Source: a virus
Lineage: Duplodnaviria; Caudoviricetes
IMG/VR virus record: IMGVR_UViG_3300037631_002929
Location: 5,283-69,282 of that record
Direction: 5' to 3' (one strand)
DNA: 64,000 bases
Made by a program: the position numbers and the translations under genes. This document shows positions 10,750-20,861 of the stretch, piece after piece; the stretch's first letter is position 1; each line of letters starts with the position of its first letter. Under the pieces are notes generated by a model. It had not been told where the DNA came from and searched no databases. It worked only from the letters and a program-made list of their open reading frames with translations.

Positions 10750-12561
10750 ATGGCAATCGATCCACGACATACACAAAAAGGAAATAAAGAACTCGATACC
10801 GAAGCGGCCAGAAAGGAACGTAAGGATAATGAGTTCTTTGGCTTTGAAGTAAAAGGTGACAAGTCTGCACCTGACTCGGCCAAGTCCTTTATTCCTCCAC
10901 AGGAAGAGAACGATGCATCAGAAGTTATGTACGGCGGTGCCGGTGGCTTCTATGGTCAGACACTTGATACCCGTGGTGATAACTATGCCAGTGAACGTGA
11001 CCTTGTTGCTAAGTACCGCAACGCTTCAATGCAGCCTGAAGTTGATGCTGCTATCCAAGAAATTGTAAACGAAACCATCGTCAATAACGATGAAGATCTA
11101 CCGCTTTCCCTCAACCTTGACCATCTCGATCTCGATGACGACGTGAAGGATAAACTTCACGATGAGTTCTCTGAGATCTTGAAAAAGCTTGACTTCCGTA
11201 AGTACGGTTCAGATATCTTCCGTCGTTGGTATGTTGACGGCAAAATCGTTTACCACATTGTCATCGACCTAGACAATCCAAAAAAAGGTATTATAGATTT
11301 ACGGCCGATCAATCCTACTCATATTCGTAAGATTAAAGAGATCGAAAAGGAAACGGACCCACGTACGGGTGCTGAGTTCATCAAGGGTATTGATGAGTAT
11401 TACATCTATGCTGAGGATCAATATAAAAATAACAGCTCGGCTAATACGTTTGCGTCACAGGTAAGTGGGTCAGCTACGAGCGGTCTTAAACTTGCTAAGG
11501 ACGCAGTTGCATATGTCACCTCCGGTTTGACCGATGCATCAAAGACCGTATCATTATCTTATATCCATAAGGCACTACGCTGTATCAACCAACTTCGTAT
11601 GATGGAAGATGCACTGATTGTGTATCGTACTGTTCGCGCGCCGGAGCGTCGTATCTTCTCGATTGACGTCGGCGATATGCCGAAGAAGCAAGCCGAAGAA
11701 TATATCTCTAACTTGATGTCGAAGTATAAGAACAAGATCACATATGATGCCGAGACCGGTGAGATTAATTCTAACCGCCATCATCAGCATATGCTCGAAG
11801 ACTTCTGGCTTCCTAAGACTGCTGGTGGTAAAGGTACAGAGGTATCTACACTTGCCGGTGGTGAAAACCTTGGTAACATTACCGATGTTGAGTACTTCCA
11901 GCAACGTCTGTATAAAGCGCTAAACGTTCCTATCGGCCGACTAACACCGAGTGAACAGTCATTCTCTATCGGTAGGAACGGCGAGATTGACCGTGAAGAG
12001 ATTCGCTTCCAGAAGTTTATCGATCGTCTACGCGTTCGGTTTGCGCAGTTGTTCAAAGAACTACTTCGTACTCAGCTACTTTTGAAAGGTATTATGAAAG
12101 AACACGAATGGGAAGATGTTCGTGAAAATCTCATTGTTGACTATAACCGTGATAACTACTATTCAGAACTGAAAGACGCTGAGATCTTAAAAGAGCGTAT
12201 CACGATGCTCAAAGATCTTGGGTTCAATCCAACTGAGTTCTTCTCGCGTGAATATATCCGTAAGCATGTCCTTAAGCAGACTGACGAAGAGGTCGAAAAG
12301 ATTAAGGCTGAGATGCGTCAAGAGTATATCAACAATGACAACCTGTTCAAGAAGATGGGTGGTGGAGGTGATGATATTGGTGCCGATGACTTTGGTGGCG
12401 GTGGACTTGACGCTATAGGTGACGACTTCGGTGATCTCGGTGGAGACGCCGGTGCCCCTGAGGGTGACGAAGAGTTCGAAGTCGGTCAACCAACCGGAGC
12501 GGCAACCGATATCGAAGATGAGGATGACAGTATTCCTGAAATTGATATTGATAATCTATAA
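10750..12561 (+). CDS. gp20: portal vertex protein
   Basis: FRRWYVDG; NQLRMMEDALIVYRTVRAPERRIF; LEDFWLP; LYKALNVP; acidic tail. Confidence 0.95.
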   Translation: MAIDPRHTQKGNKELDTEAARKERKDNEFFGFEVKGDKSAPDSAKSFIPPQEENDASEVMYGGAGGFYGQTLDTRGDNYASERDLVAKYRNASMQPEVDAAIQEIVNETIVNNDEDLPLSLNLDHLDLDDDVKDKLHDEFSEILKKLDFRKYGSDIFRRWYVDGKIVYHIVIDLDNPKKGIIDLRPINPTHIRKIKEIEKETDPRTGAEFIKGIDEYYIYAEDQYKNNSSANTFASQVSGSATSGLKLAKDAVAYVTSGLTDASKTVSLSYIHKALRCINQLRMMEDALIVYRTVRAPERRIFSIDVGDMPKKQAEEYISNLMSKYKNKITYDAETGEINSNRHHQHMLEDFWLPKTAGGKGTEVSTLAGGENLGNITDVEYFQQRLYKALNVPIGRLTPSEQSFSIGRNGEIDREEIRFQKFIDRLRVRFAQLFKELLRTQLLLKGIMKEHEWEDVRENLIVDYNRDNYYSELKDAEILKERITMLKDLGFNPTEFFSREYIRKHVLKQTDEEVEKIKAEMRQEYINNDNLFKKMGGGGDDIGADDFGGGGLDAIGDDFGDLGGDAGAPEGDEEFEVGQPTGAATDIEDEDDSIPEIDIDNL

Positions 12562-12572
12562 AACTTAAATCG

Positions 12573-12580
12573 TATAAATA
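12573..12580 (+). promoter_or_regulatory. late promoter
   Basis: TATAAATA, then AGGA RBS before ATG 12608. Confidence 0.7.
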
Positions 12581-12607
12581 CATTATTGGGACAAATAGGA
12601 ACCTATT

Positions 12608-13051
12608 ATGAACTTAAGACTCGTTAAAAACGTCGAAGGTACAGAGTTCTATCGTAGAGATATGAGCAAAATAGCTTACTGGCTTATAGGTGCTGGCAAG
12701 AAGATAGTCGGTACTCTTAGTTTCTCGGGTGGTGGTCTAACAGATGATCCTTACTTTAAACTGGATATGGCGGGAGACCCAAAAGATGGTGATGAGCTTC
12801 GGCAGTCAGAAGTTATTAAGATGTTTGGCCAACCCCAGACAGGTCAAAACGAAATGAAAGAATCAATTGAAATGAGTGAAGACACACGTAATGAAGCTAC
12901 TGTCAGTAGCGTTATAAATATGATAAGGCAAGGCAATAACTTAAAAGCCGAAGAAGCCTTTAAAGTTGTTATGGACCAGAAAATCGGTGCAGCAGTCAGA
13001 GCTAAGACTCCTGAAGTTGCACAGTCTATGTTCAACAGTAAAGAAAGATAA
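12608..13051 (+). CDS. prohead core protein (gp67/68-like C-terminus) with an extra N-terminal segment
   Basis: Between gp20 and gp21. C-terminal VINMIRQGNNLKAEEAFKVVMDQKI...EVAQSMF resembles small prohead core proteins. Confidence 0.55.
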   Translation: MNLRLVKNVEGTEFYRRDMSKIAYWLIGAGKKIVGTLSFSGGGLTDDPYFKLDMAGDPKDGDELRQSEVIKMFGQPQTGQNEMKESIEMSEDTRNEATVSSVINMIRQGNNLKAEEAFKVVMDQKIGAAVRAKTPEVAQSMFNSKER

Positions 13052-13057
13052 GAAGAT

Positions 13058-13690
13058 ATGAAACTTATTACCGATGCAAATCTTATCACCGAAGCTAAAG
13101 TCGATGAGCGCACCGGTGATGTTTATATCGAAGGCGTTTTTATGCAGACGAAGCCTAACCGCAATAAGCGGAAGTACTCGTTGGATCTGCTAAAGAATGC
13201 CGTTAATGAATATGTAGAGAGACAGGTTAAGACTGGTCGGGCCGTCGGTGAACTGAACCACCCCGACTCACCTATTGTCGACTACAAAAATGTTTCTCAT
13301 CGCATCCTTTCCCTAGAATGGCAAGGAGAAAATGTGATGGGGAAAGCGCTTATATTGAATACACCTAGTGGACAGATCGTTAAGGGTCTGCTCGAAGGCG
13401 GTGTTCAGCTGGGCGTTTCTTCTCGTGGTATGGGTACTTTGGGACAGCCCGACAAGGATGGTATTGCACCAGTCAATGATGACTTTAACCTTGTTACCAT
13501 CGATATCGTTCAAGACCCTTCAGCACCAGATGCTTTTGTAAATGGCATCAACGAAAGTGTTGAGTGGTATCAGAACAATAAAGGTGTATGGCAGTCGCGA
13601 AATGTTGAAATAAAAGAAAATGAGACTGAGCTTGTAAGTGAAAACACGAAACTTCGTGATATGAAACAGCTCCTCTCGAGTCTTATTTAG
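13058..13690 (+). CDS. gp21: prohead protease
   Basis: MKLIT; YIEGVFMQ; RAVGELNHP; VSHRI; GVSSRGMG; DIVQDPSAPDAFV. Confidence 0.95.
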   Translation: MKLITDANLITEAKVDERTGDVYIEGVFMQTKPNRNKRKYSLDLLKNAVNEYVERQVKTGRAVGELNHPDSPIVDYKNVSHRILSLEWQGENVMGKALILNTPSGQIVKGLLEGGVQLGVSSRGMGTLGQPDKDGIAPVNDDFNLVTIDIVQDPSAPDAFVNGINESVEWYQNNKGVWQSRNVEIKENETELVSENTKLRDMKQLLSSLI

Positions 13691-13700
13691 GAGCATTATA

Positions 13701-15104
13701 ATGCAACACAAAAGTAAACTTGATCAGCTCCTTGAAAATACTCAAGGAGCACTAAGCGAAGACGAAATCGAAGTCTACGGTGGTGAAGGCGAAGCTGACG
13801 CTGATATGGATATGGGTTATGAAGATGACGAGGCAGTTGACCTCGACGCTAAAGCACCAGAATCCGCTGGAAAAGACGATCATGACTTTAAAGTCATGAC
13901 CGGAGATGACGATCTCGATGGACTAATTGATCAACTCAAAAATATTGTCGATGAGCTCGAAGGTATGGAAGATGACCTTGGTGCTGGCGATGACGAAATC
14001 GAAGTCGATGTTGAATCAGGCGACGATGAAGTAGACCTCGAGTTTGAGGACGAAGTTGAAGAAGCCAAGTGTGGTCAGCACGACGAAGACTACGGTCTAG
14101 ACGAAGCTACTGACACTGCGTCTGGTGCTGGTGATGTTGCCCCTGAGGGTGGTAAAGCATCTGGTCCAGAAGCTAAAGAAGGTGGTTCTGCTGGTAAAGC
14201 TGACGATTCTAAAGTAGCTAAAGCTGCTGATGATGAAGAAGCTATCGATGATACTATCGATGCTATTGAAAAGTCTGCCCCTGGCAAAGACAATACCGCA
14301 CAGACTGGTAACAAGGTTGACGTCAAGAAAACCAACCCAGCTATCGCTGGAACTGGTGAAGGTGTCGCCGAAGTCAAAGTTGAGAACGTTGAAGTCGACC
14401 TCTCGAAAGAGATTGCTGCAATCGTTTCCCTTGATTCTACTCTTTCTGAATCTGCACAAAAGAAGACTGCAAAGCTCTTCGAAAACGCAGTAAACAAGAA
14501 AGTTTCGATGATTAACCGGGAATTGAGTGCACAGTACACCGAACTCGTTGAGAGCCGTTGTGCTGACTTTGAAACTCAGCTGGTAGAAAAAGTTGATCAA
14601 TACTTAGATTATGTTGTTGAAAACTACATGACTGATAACGCCCTTGCAATTGAAGAGGGTTTGAAAGTTCGTGTATCAGGTTCATTCCTCGAAGGCCTTG
14701 GCCGACTGTTTGAAGAGCATTACGTCTCTGTCCCATCTGGAAAAGTTGATCTTGTTGAGAAACTTGAAGGTGAGATTGAACAAGCCGAAGCTAAACAAAA
14801 CAAATTGTATGAGCACGCAATCAAGCTACGTCGTGAGAATATCTCGCTCCGTAAAGCTTCTGCAGTCCGTAAGCTGACTGAAGGTATGAGTGCTGTTGAG
14901 GTTTCTAAGTTCAAGACTCTTGTTGAGAGTGTTGAGTACAAGAGCCAAAACCAATTTGTCAAAGCTATTGAAGCTGTAAAAGCAACACACTTTATCAACG
15001 AAGATGTTGCTACACCTGAACCGCAAGAGTTTGAAACCCTTGCTGAAGAAACTAAAGCCTCATCTATGGATAAGTACGTAAGTGCAATCCGTAGGTTCAA
15101 ATAA
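13701..15104 (+). CDS. gp22: prohead core scaffold protein
   Basis: Acidic N-terminus; LVEKVDQYLDYVVENYM..N.LAIEEG; MDKYVSAI C-terminus; between gp21 and gp23. Confidence 0.88.
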   Translation: MQHKSKLDQLLENTQGALSEDEIEVYGGEGEADADMDMGYEDDEAVDLDAKAPESAGKDDHDFKVMTGDDDLDGLIDQLKNIVDELEGMEDDLGAGDDEIEVDVESGDDEVDLEFEDEVEEAKCGQHDEDYGLDEATDTASGAGDVAPEGGKASGPEAKEGGSAGKADDSKVAKAADDEEAIDDTIDAIEKSAPGKDNTAQTGNKVDVKKTNPAIAGTGEGVAEVKVENVEVDLSKEIAAIVSLDSTLSESAQKKTAKLFENAVNKKVSMINRELSAQYTELVESRCADFETQLVEKVDQYLDYVVENYMTDNALAIEEGLKVRVSGSFLEGLGRLFEEHYVSVPSGKVDLVEKLEGEIEQAEAKQNKLYEHAIKLRRENISLRKASAVRKLTEGMSAVEVSKFKTLVESVEYKSQNQFVKAIEAVKATHFINEDVATPEPQEFETLAEETKASSMDKYVSAIRRFK

Positions 15105-15124
15105 TCTAACTAGGAAAAAGAAAA

Positions 15125-16456
15125 ATGAAAACTACAGATCTTTTGATCGAAAAGTGGTCGCCGGTTCTGGATGCTCCAGAAGCTGGTCAGATCCAAGATC
15201 ACTACCGTAAGAGCGTAACTGCTCAAATCCTCGAAAACCAAGAGAAAGCCTTTGCTGAGCAAGGCATGATCAACGAAGCAGTTCACGGTTCTTCTGTCTC
15301 TAACGGCGGCGTTGAGAACTGGAATCCAATCCTGATCAGCCTCGTACGTCGTGCGATGCCTAACCTGGTTGCTTATGACATTGCTGGTGTTCAGCCAATG
15401 TCTGGTCCAACTGGCCTGATCTTCGCAATGAAATCACGTTACGGTGCTAACAACTCTGGTGTTGAAGCTCTGTTCAACGAAGCTGACACAGACTTCGGTG
15501 GTGCAGGTACGCACGCTGGCGATTCTTCTTCGCTGGTAACTGGTGCTGGTGGCGCAACTGACGTTGGTGCTGGTGGTTCTGGTACAGGTGACGACATTGC
15601 TGATAACTTTGGCTTCGGTACCGGTATTGCTACCGGAACTGGTGAGGACCTTGGTTCTGGTTCGACTATGAACGAAATGTCTTTCTCAATCGAAAAAGCA
15701 ACCGTTACTGCGAAAACACGCGCGCTCAAAGCTGAGTACACGATGGAAATCGCACAGGACCTGAAAGCAATCCACGGCCTCGACGCTGAAGCTGAGCTTG
15801 CTAACATCCTGTCGACTGAAATCTTGGCTGAAATCAACCGTGAAGTTGTTCGTACGATCAACTCGAAAGCTAAGCTCGGTGCACAGACTGCTAACGTCAC
15901 GACTCCAGGCGTATTCGACCTGCACACTGACGCAGACGGTCGTTGGTCGGGTGAGAAGTTTGCTGGTCTCCTGACACAGCTTGACTTCGAAGCCAACCAA
16001 ATCGCGAAAGAAACACGTCGCGGTAAGGGGAACTTTGTTCTTTGTTCGTCGAACGTTGCAACTGCTCTTCACATGAGCGGCATGCTTGCGTACACTCCAG
16101 CCCTTAACACGAAGCTGGACGTTGACGATACAGGTAACACCTTCGCAGGTGTCCTGAACGGCAAGATCAAAGTTTACATCGATCCATATGCGACTGTTGA
16201 TTACGCAACTGTTGGTTACCGTGGTACGAGCCCGTATGACGCTGGTATGTTCTACTGCCCATACGTACCTCTGACGATGGTTCGTGCTGTTAACGAGTCT
16301 ACCTTCCAGCCAAAAATCGGATTCAAAACCCGTTACGGTATGGTTGCTAACCCGTTTGCTGAACCTGCAGCTGCAGTTGACAACACTGGTGCGGACCGTA
16401 GCAACGTCTACTTCCGTATCTTCCGCGTTGCAAACCTGCTGAACGCTGGTGCATAA
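15125..16456 (+). CDS. gp23: major capsid protein
   Basis: KWSPVLD; LVRRAMPNLVAYDIAGVQPMSGPTGLIFA; AKTRALKAEYT; FYCPYVPL; FQPKIGFKTRYG. Confidence 0.97.
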   Translation: MKTTDLLIEKWSPVLDAPEAGQIQDHYRKSVTAQILENQEKAFAEQGMINEAVHGSSVSNGGVENWNPILISLVRRAMPNLVAYDIAGVQPMSGPTGLIFAMKSRYGANNSGVEALFNEADTDFGGAGTHAGDSSSLVTGAGGATDVGAGGSGTGDDIADNFGFGTGIATGTGEDLGSGSTMNEMSFSIEKATVTAKTRALKAEYTMEIAQDLKAIHGLDAEAELANILSTEILAEINREVVRTINSKAKLGAQTANVTTPGVFDLHTDADGRWSGEKFAGLLTQLDFEANQIAKETRRGKGNFVLCSSNVATALHMSGMLAYTPALNTKLDVDDTGNTFAGVLNGKIKVYIDPYATVDYATVGYRGTSPYDAGMFYCPYVPLTMVRAVNESTFQPKIGFKTRYGMVANPFAEPAAAVDNTGADRSNVYFRIFRVANLLNAGA

Positions 16457-16480
16457 GTCTAACGACTTATAACTAACAGG

Positions 16481-16511
16481 AAGGGTCCTCTCACGAGGGC
16501 CCTTCTTTTTT
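16481..16511 (+). terminator. intrinsic terminator after gp23
   Basis: AAGGGTCCTC-tcac-GAGGGCCCTT hairpin, then CTTTTTT; late promoter TATAAATA follows at 16513-16520. Confidence 0.8.
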
Positions 16512-16543
16512 ATATAAATACATGTACAGAACATAGGTGACAT

Positions 16544-16996
16544 ATGATTAATCAGACGTATACGACAGCAACTAGCTTTGGGATGTTTATTCCAGGTGAA
16601 GAGTATGCTGGTCTTCAAATGAAAATAACTAGCTTTGGGATTCCACAAGTTAGTGCAGCTGCGGTTGAGCAAGGTACTCGTGTACTTCAGGCGAAGCACG
16701 CTGCATCAAGGGTAAAATTTGAGCCTCTACGTGTAAGTGTATTGTCGGACGGTGGACTGTCGAATATAAAGCCAGTCCATAATTGGCTTATAAATAATGT
16801 TATAGAGAATGACACAGTTACAAAGGACATTCGCGTCATTGGGTATTCTGCATCTGAGGTCCCTGTATTTACGGTCGATTTCCATGATGCGTTTCCAACC
16901 AGTATTGACATTGATAAGTTTGATTCAATGGATTCAACCGACGCGTTAATTAAAGCACAACTCGAATTCGCGTATGACCTTTATACTTATGGATGA
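16544..16996 (+). CDS. gp3: tail tube terminator / completion protein
   Basis: gp19-like signature (FEPLRVSVL, VHNWL, FHDAFPTSI); canonical position between gp23 and uvsY. Confidence 0.7.
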   Translation: MINQTYTTATSFGMFIPGEEYAGLQMKITSFGIPQVSAAAVEQGTRVLQAKHAASRVKFEPLRVSVLSDGGLSNIKPVHNWLINNVIENDTVTKDIRVIGYSASEVPVFTVDFHDAFPTSIDIDKFDSMDSTDALIKAQLEFAYDLYTYG

Positions 16997-17000
16997 TTAA

Positions 17001-17447
17001 ATGAAAGTTGAAGACCTTCTTTTAGAATGGAAAAAAGACTCAGAGATCAACAAGTCAAAGCTAGATGATGAGTCAATTAAAACAGCGATGCTCCACGCCA
17101 AGTACCTGGAGATCCATTCTGCTGTTAAAATCCGATACAACAAGTTACGAGCAAGACTCAAAGATCTTGAGTTTGAAAAACGTCGTTGGCTGAAAGGTAC
17201 GATGACAAAAGAAGAAATGGACGATCGCGATTGGGACTATGACCCCTGGAAGGGAATGTCTAAACCGATGAAGTCCGAAATGGATGATCACCTGTTTGCT
17301 GATAGTGATGTCAAGAAGGTGGTTGAAAGATTAAAAGACACAGAGGTTCTCCTTGAAACCCTTGAGTCAATAATGCAGAATATACAATGGAGACATCAAT
17401 CGATCAAAAACTCGATTGACTTTATGAAGTTCCAAGCCGGTGGGTAA
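17001..17447 (+). CDS. uvsY: recombination mediator
   Basis: WKKDSEI..LDDESIKTAMLHAKYL; IKNSIDFMKFQAG. Confidence 0.9.
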   Translation: MKVEDLLLEWKKDSEINKSKLDDESIKTAMLHAKYLEIHSAVKIRYNKLRARLKDLEFEKRRWLKGTMTKEEMDDRDWDYDPWKGMSKPMKSEMDDHLFADSDVKKVVERLKDTEVLLETLESIMQNIQWRHQSIKNSIDFMKFQAGG

Positions 17448-18961
17448 TGACCGAAACAATAGTCCTCTCTTATAAGAACCAAGCGAAGATTCGTATAGAC
17501 TCTACTGACGGTGGAATTCTACACGAACTGCAAGAACATTTCTCGTTTTATGCTCAGGGTTATAAGTACATGCCGGCATACAAGTCCGGCATGTGGGACG
17601 GTAAGATTCGTTTGTTCGATATGAGAACGCAGACGTTACCAGCTGGTTTGTACCATGCTATACAGGAATTCGCGGCTAATAAGTCCCGGCAATACACCAT
17701 CGCCCTTGAGAATAACAGTTATTTTGGCACAGTAGGATCTGCGGACAATGTCTCGTATGACGAGTTCTACGCCTTCGTTCAAGGCCTAAATCTTTCAGCC
17801 GACGGTAAACGTATTGAGCCGCGTAATTATCAGATCCAGTCTGCATATAGTGCAATCAAAAACTATAGACAGCTAATACTGTCACCGACTGGAACAGGCA
17901 AGTCTCTTATCATGTACATGATCATGAGATGGGTACTTCACTGTATGGACGGTGAAAGGTTTGTCATTATCGTTCCTACGACTACGTTGACCCACCAATT
18001 GATCAGTGACTTTGAGGATTATGCCGCTCTTGACGAAGAGTTCGCGGTCGGGGATATGTGTTACCCTATCTTTGCTGGGCAGGATAAGAAGGCACCACAG
18101 CAAGTTATTGTATCAACATGGCAGTCGTTGGCTAAGTTTGATCGTACATGGTTGATGGAAGTAGGCGGTGTTATTGGTGACGAAGCACATACGTGTTCGG
18201 CCAAGATATGCCAGGGCATCCTCGACAAGATGACTAATGCTCAGTATCGTATTGGGACGACCGGAACCCTCGATGGTTCAAAGGTGCATGAGATGGTTCT
18301 TGAAGGTATCTTCGGCCCTACAATTGTGGCTACCACGACGAAGGAACAGATCGACGAAGGTAACCTGGCACAGCTTCAGATCAATGTGATGAAGCTACAA
18401 TATCCTGAAGAAGAACGCAGATTTGCTAAGTTCAAATACGCAGATGAGATACAGTATATTGCTAAACATGAAAAGCGCAATCGGTTTGTAGCTAAGCTTG
18501 CGCTGAATACAGAAGGCAATACCTTGGTGATGTTTCGATTTAAAGAGCATGGACAGCTTCTGTATGATATGATCAAAGAGAAGTCAGGTGATAGACGTAA
18601 GGTCTTCCTTGTGCACGGTGAGATTGATGGTGCATATCGTAACGAAATCCGTGGCGTGGTTGAGAAAGAACAAGACGCGATCATTGTTGCGTCCATAGGT
18701 ACATTCTCGACAGGTATAAATATAAAGAATTTGCATAACCTGGTATTTGCCACACCTCATAAAGGCAGAATTAAAGTATTACAGTCCCTCGGCCGGGCGT
18801 TACGTAAATCAACAGATGGACGAGAAACGATCATGTATGACATATGTGATGACCTCTCATGGAAAAAGCGTAAGAACTTTGCGCTTGTTCATTCGATCGA
18901 AAGAATCAAACAGTTTAGTGCTGAAAAGCTAAGTTATAAAATATACGATATAAAATTATAG
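17447..18961 (+). CDS. uvsW: SF2 DNA helicase
   Basis: WDGKIRLF; SPTGTGKS; GDEAH; GTTGTLDG; TFSTGINIKNLHN; LQSLGRALR. Confidence 0.95.
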   Translation: MTETIVLSYKNQAKIRIDSTDGGILHELQEHFSFYAQGYKYMPAYKSGMWDGKIRLFDMRTQTLPAGLYHAIQEFAANKSRQYTIALENNSYFGTVGSADNVSYDEFYAFVQGLNLSADGKRIEPRNYQIQSAYSAIKNYRQLILSPTGTGKSLIMYMIMRWVLHCMDGERFVIIVPTTTLTHQLISDFEDYAALDEEFAVGDMCYPIFAGQDKKAPQQVIVSTWQSLAKFDRTWLMEVGGVIGDEAHTCSAKICQGILDKMTNAQYRIGTTGTLDGSKVHEMVLEGIFGPTIVATTTKEQIDEGNLAQLQINVMKLQYPEEERRFAKFKYADEIQYIAKHEKRNRFVAKLALNTEGNTLVMFRFKEHGQLLYDMIKEKSGDRRKVFLVHGEIDGAYRNEIRGVVEKEQDAIIVASIGTFSTGINIKNLHNLVFATPHKGRIKVLQSLGRALRKSTDGRETIMYDICDDLSWKKRKNFALVHSIERIKQFSAEKLSYKIYDIKL

Positions 18962-18971
18962 GAACGTGAAT

Positions 18972-19478
18972 ATGAGTGAAGATACTGAAAAAAAAGAATG
19001 GCCTGAAGTATATGATGAGCGGATGATTAAGATCCTTACTCTATCGTCCGGTGAAAAGATTATTACGTACGTAAGAGAACTCGGTGAGTACGGACAATAT
19101 ATTTGTGAGAGACCATTTACGGTTTGTGCGGATCTTAAAGAGGGTGAGTACTTCCTAACCCAGTTCTGTCCATACGCAGATACTTCAGTACCATTTGTAT
19201 TCCAGACAGCAGGAGTTATTGGAGTTGCCAATACGACAGCAGACTCTCGAGCTCATTACTTCCGGTGTATTAGAGAAGAAGTTGTGGCTGAAGCTGCACA
19301 AAACGGAACTATTGATGAGAATGCAGACTTTGGTGTTATGATGGAACAGTTACAGGAACAGTTATCGACTGCACTTGGTCCTAAAAATGACGTCGGGTTT
19401 TTTGAATCTTCCTCTGACACTGATGGTGATAACGTTGTAGATCTCTCTAATTGGTCACCTGATACTAAACCTAACTAA
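18972..19478 (+). CDS. conserved hypothetical protein downstream of uvsW (Sm-like N-terminus)
   Basis: IKILTLSSGEKII motif typical of small T4-like proteins after uvsW; RBS AGGAA. Confidence 0.6.
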   Translation: MSEDTEKKEWPEVYDERMIKILTLSSGEKIITYVRELGEYGQYICERPFTVCADLKEGEYFLTQFCPYADTSVPFVFQTAGVIGVANTTADSRAHYFRCIREEVVAEAAQNGTIDENADFGVMMEQLQEQLSTALGPKNDVGFFESSSDTDGDNVVDLSNWSPDTKPN

Positions 19479-19756
19479 TACTATAAATACTAATTCAGGT
19501 GCCTTGATGCTATATCAAGTGCACCTGCAATGGTAACTCTATTCTATTACCCCAACTCTATATACTATACCCCTGACCGTATCAGAGATAAGTAACTGAA
19601 TAACCAGAATAACAGTAGTTATTTAACGTTGTCTTGAAGGTATCTTTACGATTATGTTCGTTACACGATTATGTATACAAGTTTGCGCCAAAAAACCGCA
19701 GTTTTTACCCAACTATTTTATTACAAATTCGTAATACTCCAGACCGCAATTAACTG

Positions 19757-19785
19757 TGTACAAACACGGTAATTCGTAGTATAAT
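19757..19785 (+). promoter_or_regulatory. early-type promoter TGTACA-N17-TATAAT
   Basis: One of 12 copies with identical 17-nt spacing. Confidence 0.75.
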
Positions 19786-19816
19786 GTATATAAGGTTATA
19801 CACAAGGAAAAAAAAT

Positions 19817-20227
19817 ATGATACAATTAATGGGATGGGTAGTCGCCATCGTAGGCTTAGCAGCGCTTGGACATCTTATATCCCAACTCGCAAAAGCTACA
19901 TGGGATGTAATGATTGCTGGATTCAGAGGTGCTTTCGGGCTCATGGTACTTCCAGCATTGATGATTATAGTCGCGATTATGTTCTTCCATCGTCGTAAGG
20001 TCAATTACGATACGTCTGAATCATGGGATGTGGTATACCGCTTTCTTGTGATTACAATGCAACTTGCATTATGCATACTTTTAATTATGGTAGGAACCGC
20101 GATAATCACAGGATTCCAGTCGGGTGAATACGTACTTTGTTTCCAGGATCCAACAACTCCCGGCAGAGAGGTGCTTATGAAAGACGAATTTGGTAAGCCG
20201 TTTTGTATGAAAGACTGGAGAGGCTAA
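19817..20227 (+). CDS. hypothetical membrane protein (about 3 TM segments)
   Basis: AAGGA RBS; three long hydrophobic stretches. Confidence 0.65.
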   Translation: MIQLMGWVVAIVGLAALGHLISQLAKATWDVMIAGFRGAFGLMVLPALMIIVAIMFFHRRKVNYDTSESWDVVYRFLVITMQLALCILLIMVGTAIITGFQSGEYVLCFQDPTTPGREVLMKDEFGKPFCMKDWRG

Positions 20228-20234
20228 TTAACTG

Positions 20235-20263
20235 TGTACATTACTTTAAGAACGTGTTATAAT
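20235..20263 (+). promoter_or_regulatory. early-type promoter upstream of gp55
   Basis: TGTACA-N17-TATAAT. Confidence 0.75.
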
Positions 20264-20300
20264 AATATTATGATGAACACTTACATACATGGATCACAAT

Positions 20301-20861
20301 ATGGCACGATCTAAAAAGAAGCCTGAGCACTACGTCGATAACGCTAAGTTTACCCAAGCAGTCCATGAGTACGTTATGGCCTGCCGCGAAGCTGAAGAGT
20401 GTGGTGAAGACGTACCACCTGTCACTAACTATATCGGTGAGTGTTTTTACAAGATTGCAACCGGACTAACATACACTCGTAAATTTATACGTCGTACCTA
20501 CAAAGAAGAACTGGCGATGGATGCGATTGAAGACTGTCTCAAGCGTATACGTAATTACAATATCGATGCATCAACACGTACTGGTAAACCAAATGCGTTT
20601 GCGTACTTTACCCAGATTTGTTATTACTCGTTCCTTCGTACCGTTGAACGTCATAACAAAGAGTTACGTAAGAAGCTTCGGTTTATCGAGAAGACCGCAA
20701 TCGAGATTGGTGCATCAACTGAGTACGGTGACACTAACAAAGTCCTAGAATATCTTGACGAGGTACGAGCTCCATGGGAGAACGCAGTACCACAGCCAAA
20801 AAAAGAAGAACCAAAACCTAAGGTTGAAAAGGCCAAAGGTCTGGAGAAGTTTGCCAAATGA
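20301..20861 (+). CDS. gp55: late-transcription sigma factor
   Basis: HYVDNAKF; YIGECFYKIATGL; NAFAYFTQICYYSFLR. Confidence 0.93.
   Translation: MARSKKKPEHYVDNAKFTQAVHEYVMACREAEECGEDVPPVTNYIGECFYKIATGLTYTRKFIRRTYKEELAMDAIEDCLKRIRNYNIDASTRTGKPNAFAYFTQICYYSFLRTVERHNKELRKKLRFIEKTAIEIGASTEYGDTNKVLEYLDEVRAPWENAVPQPKKEEPKPKVEKAKGLEKFAK

Noticed and set aside
15686-16699. 337-aa minus-strand ORF antisense to gp23/gp3, and the other minus-strand or alternate-frame ORFs in the track
   Set aside because: Shadow ORFs from codon bias of well-conserved + strand genes; no RBS, promoter or recognisable motifs.
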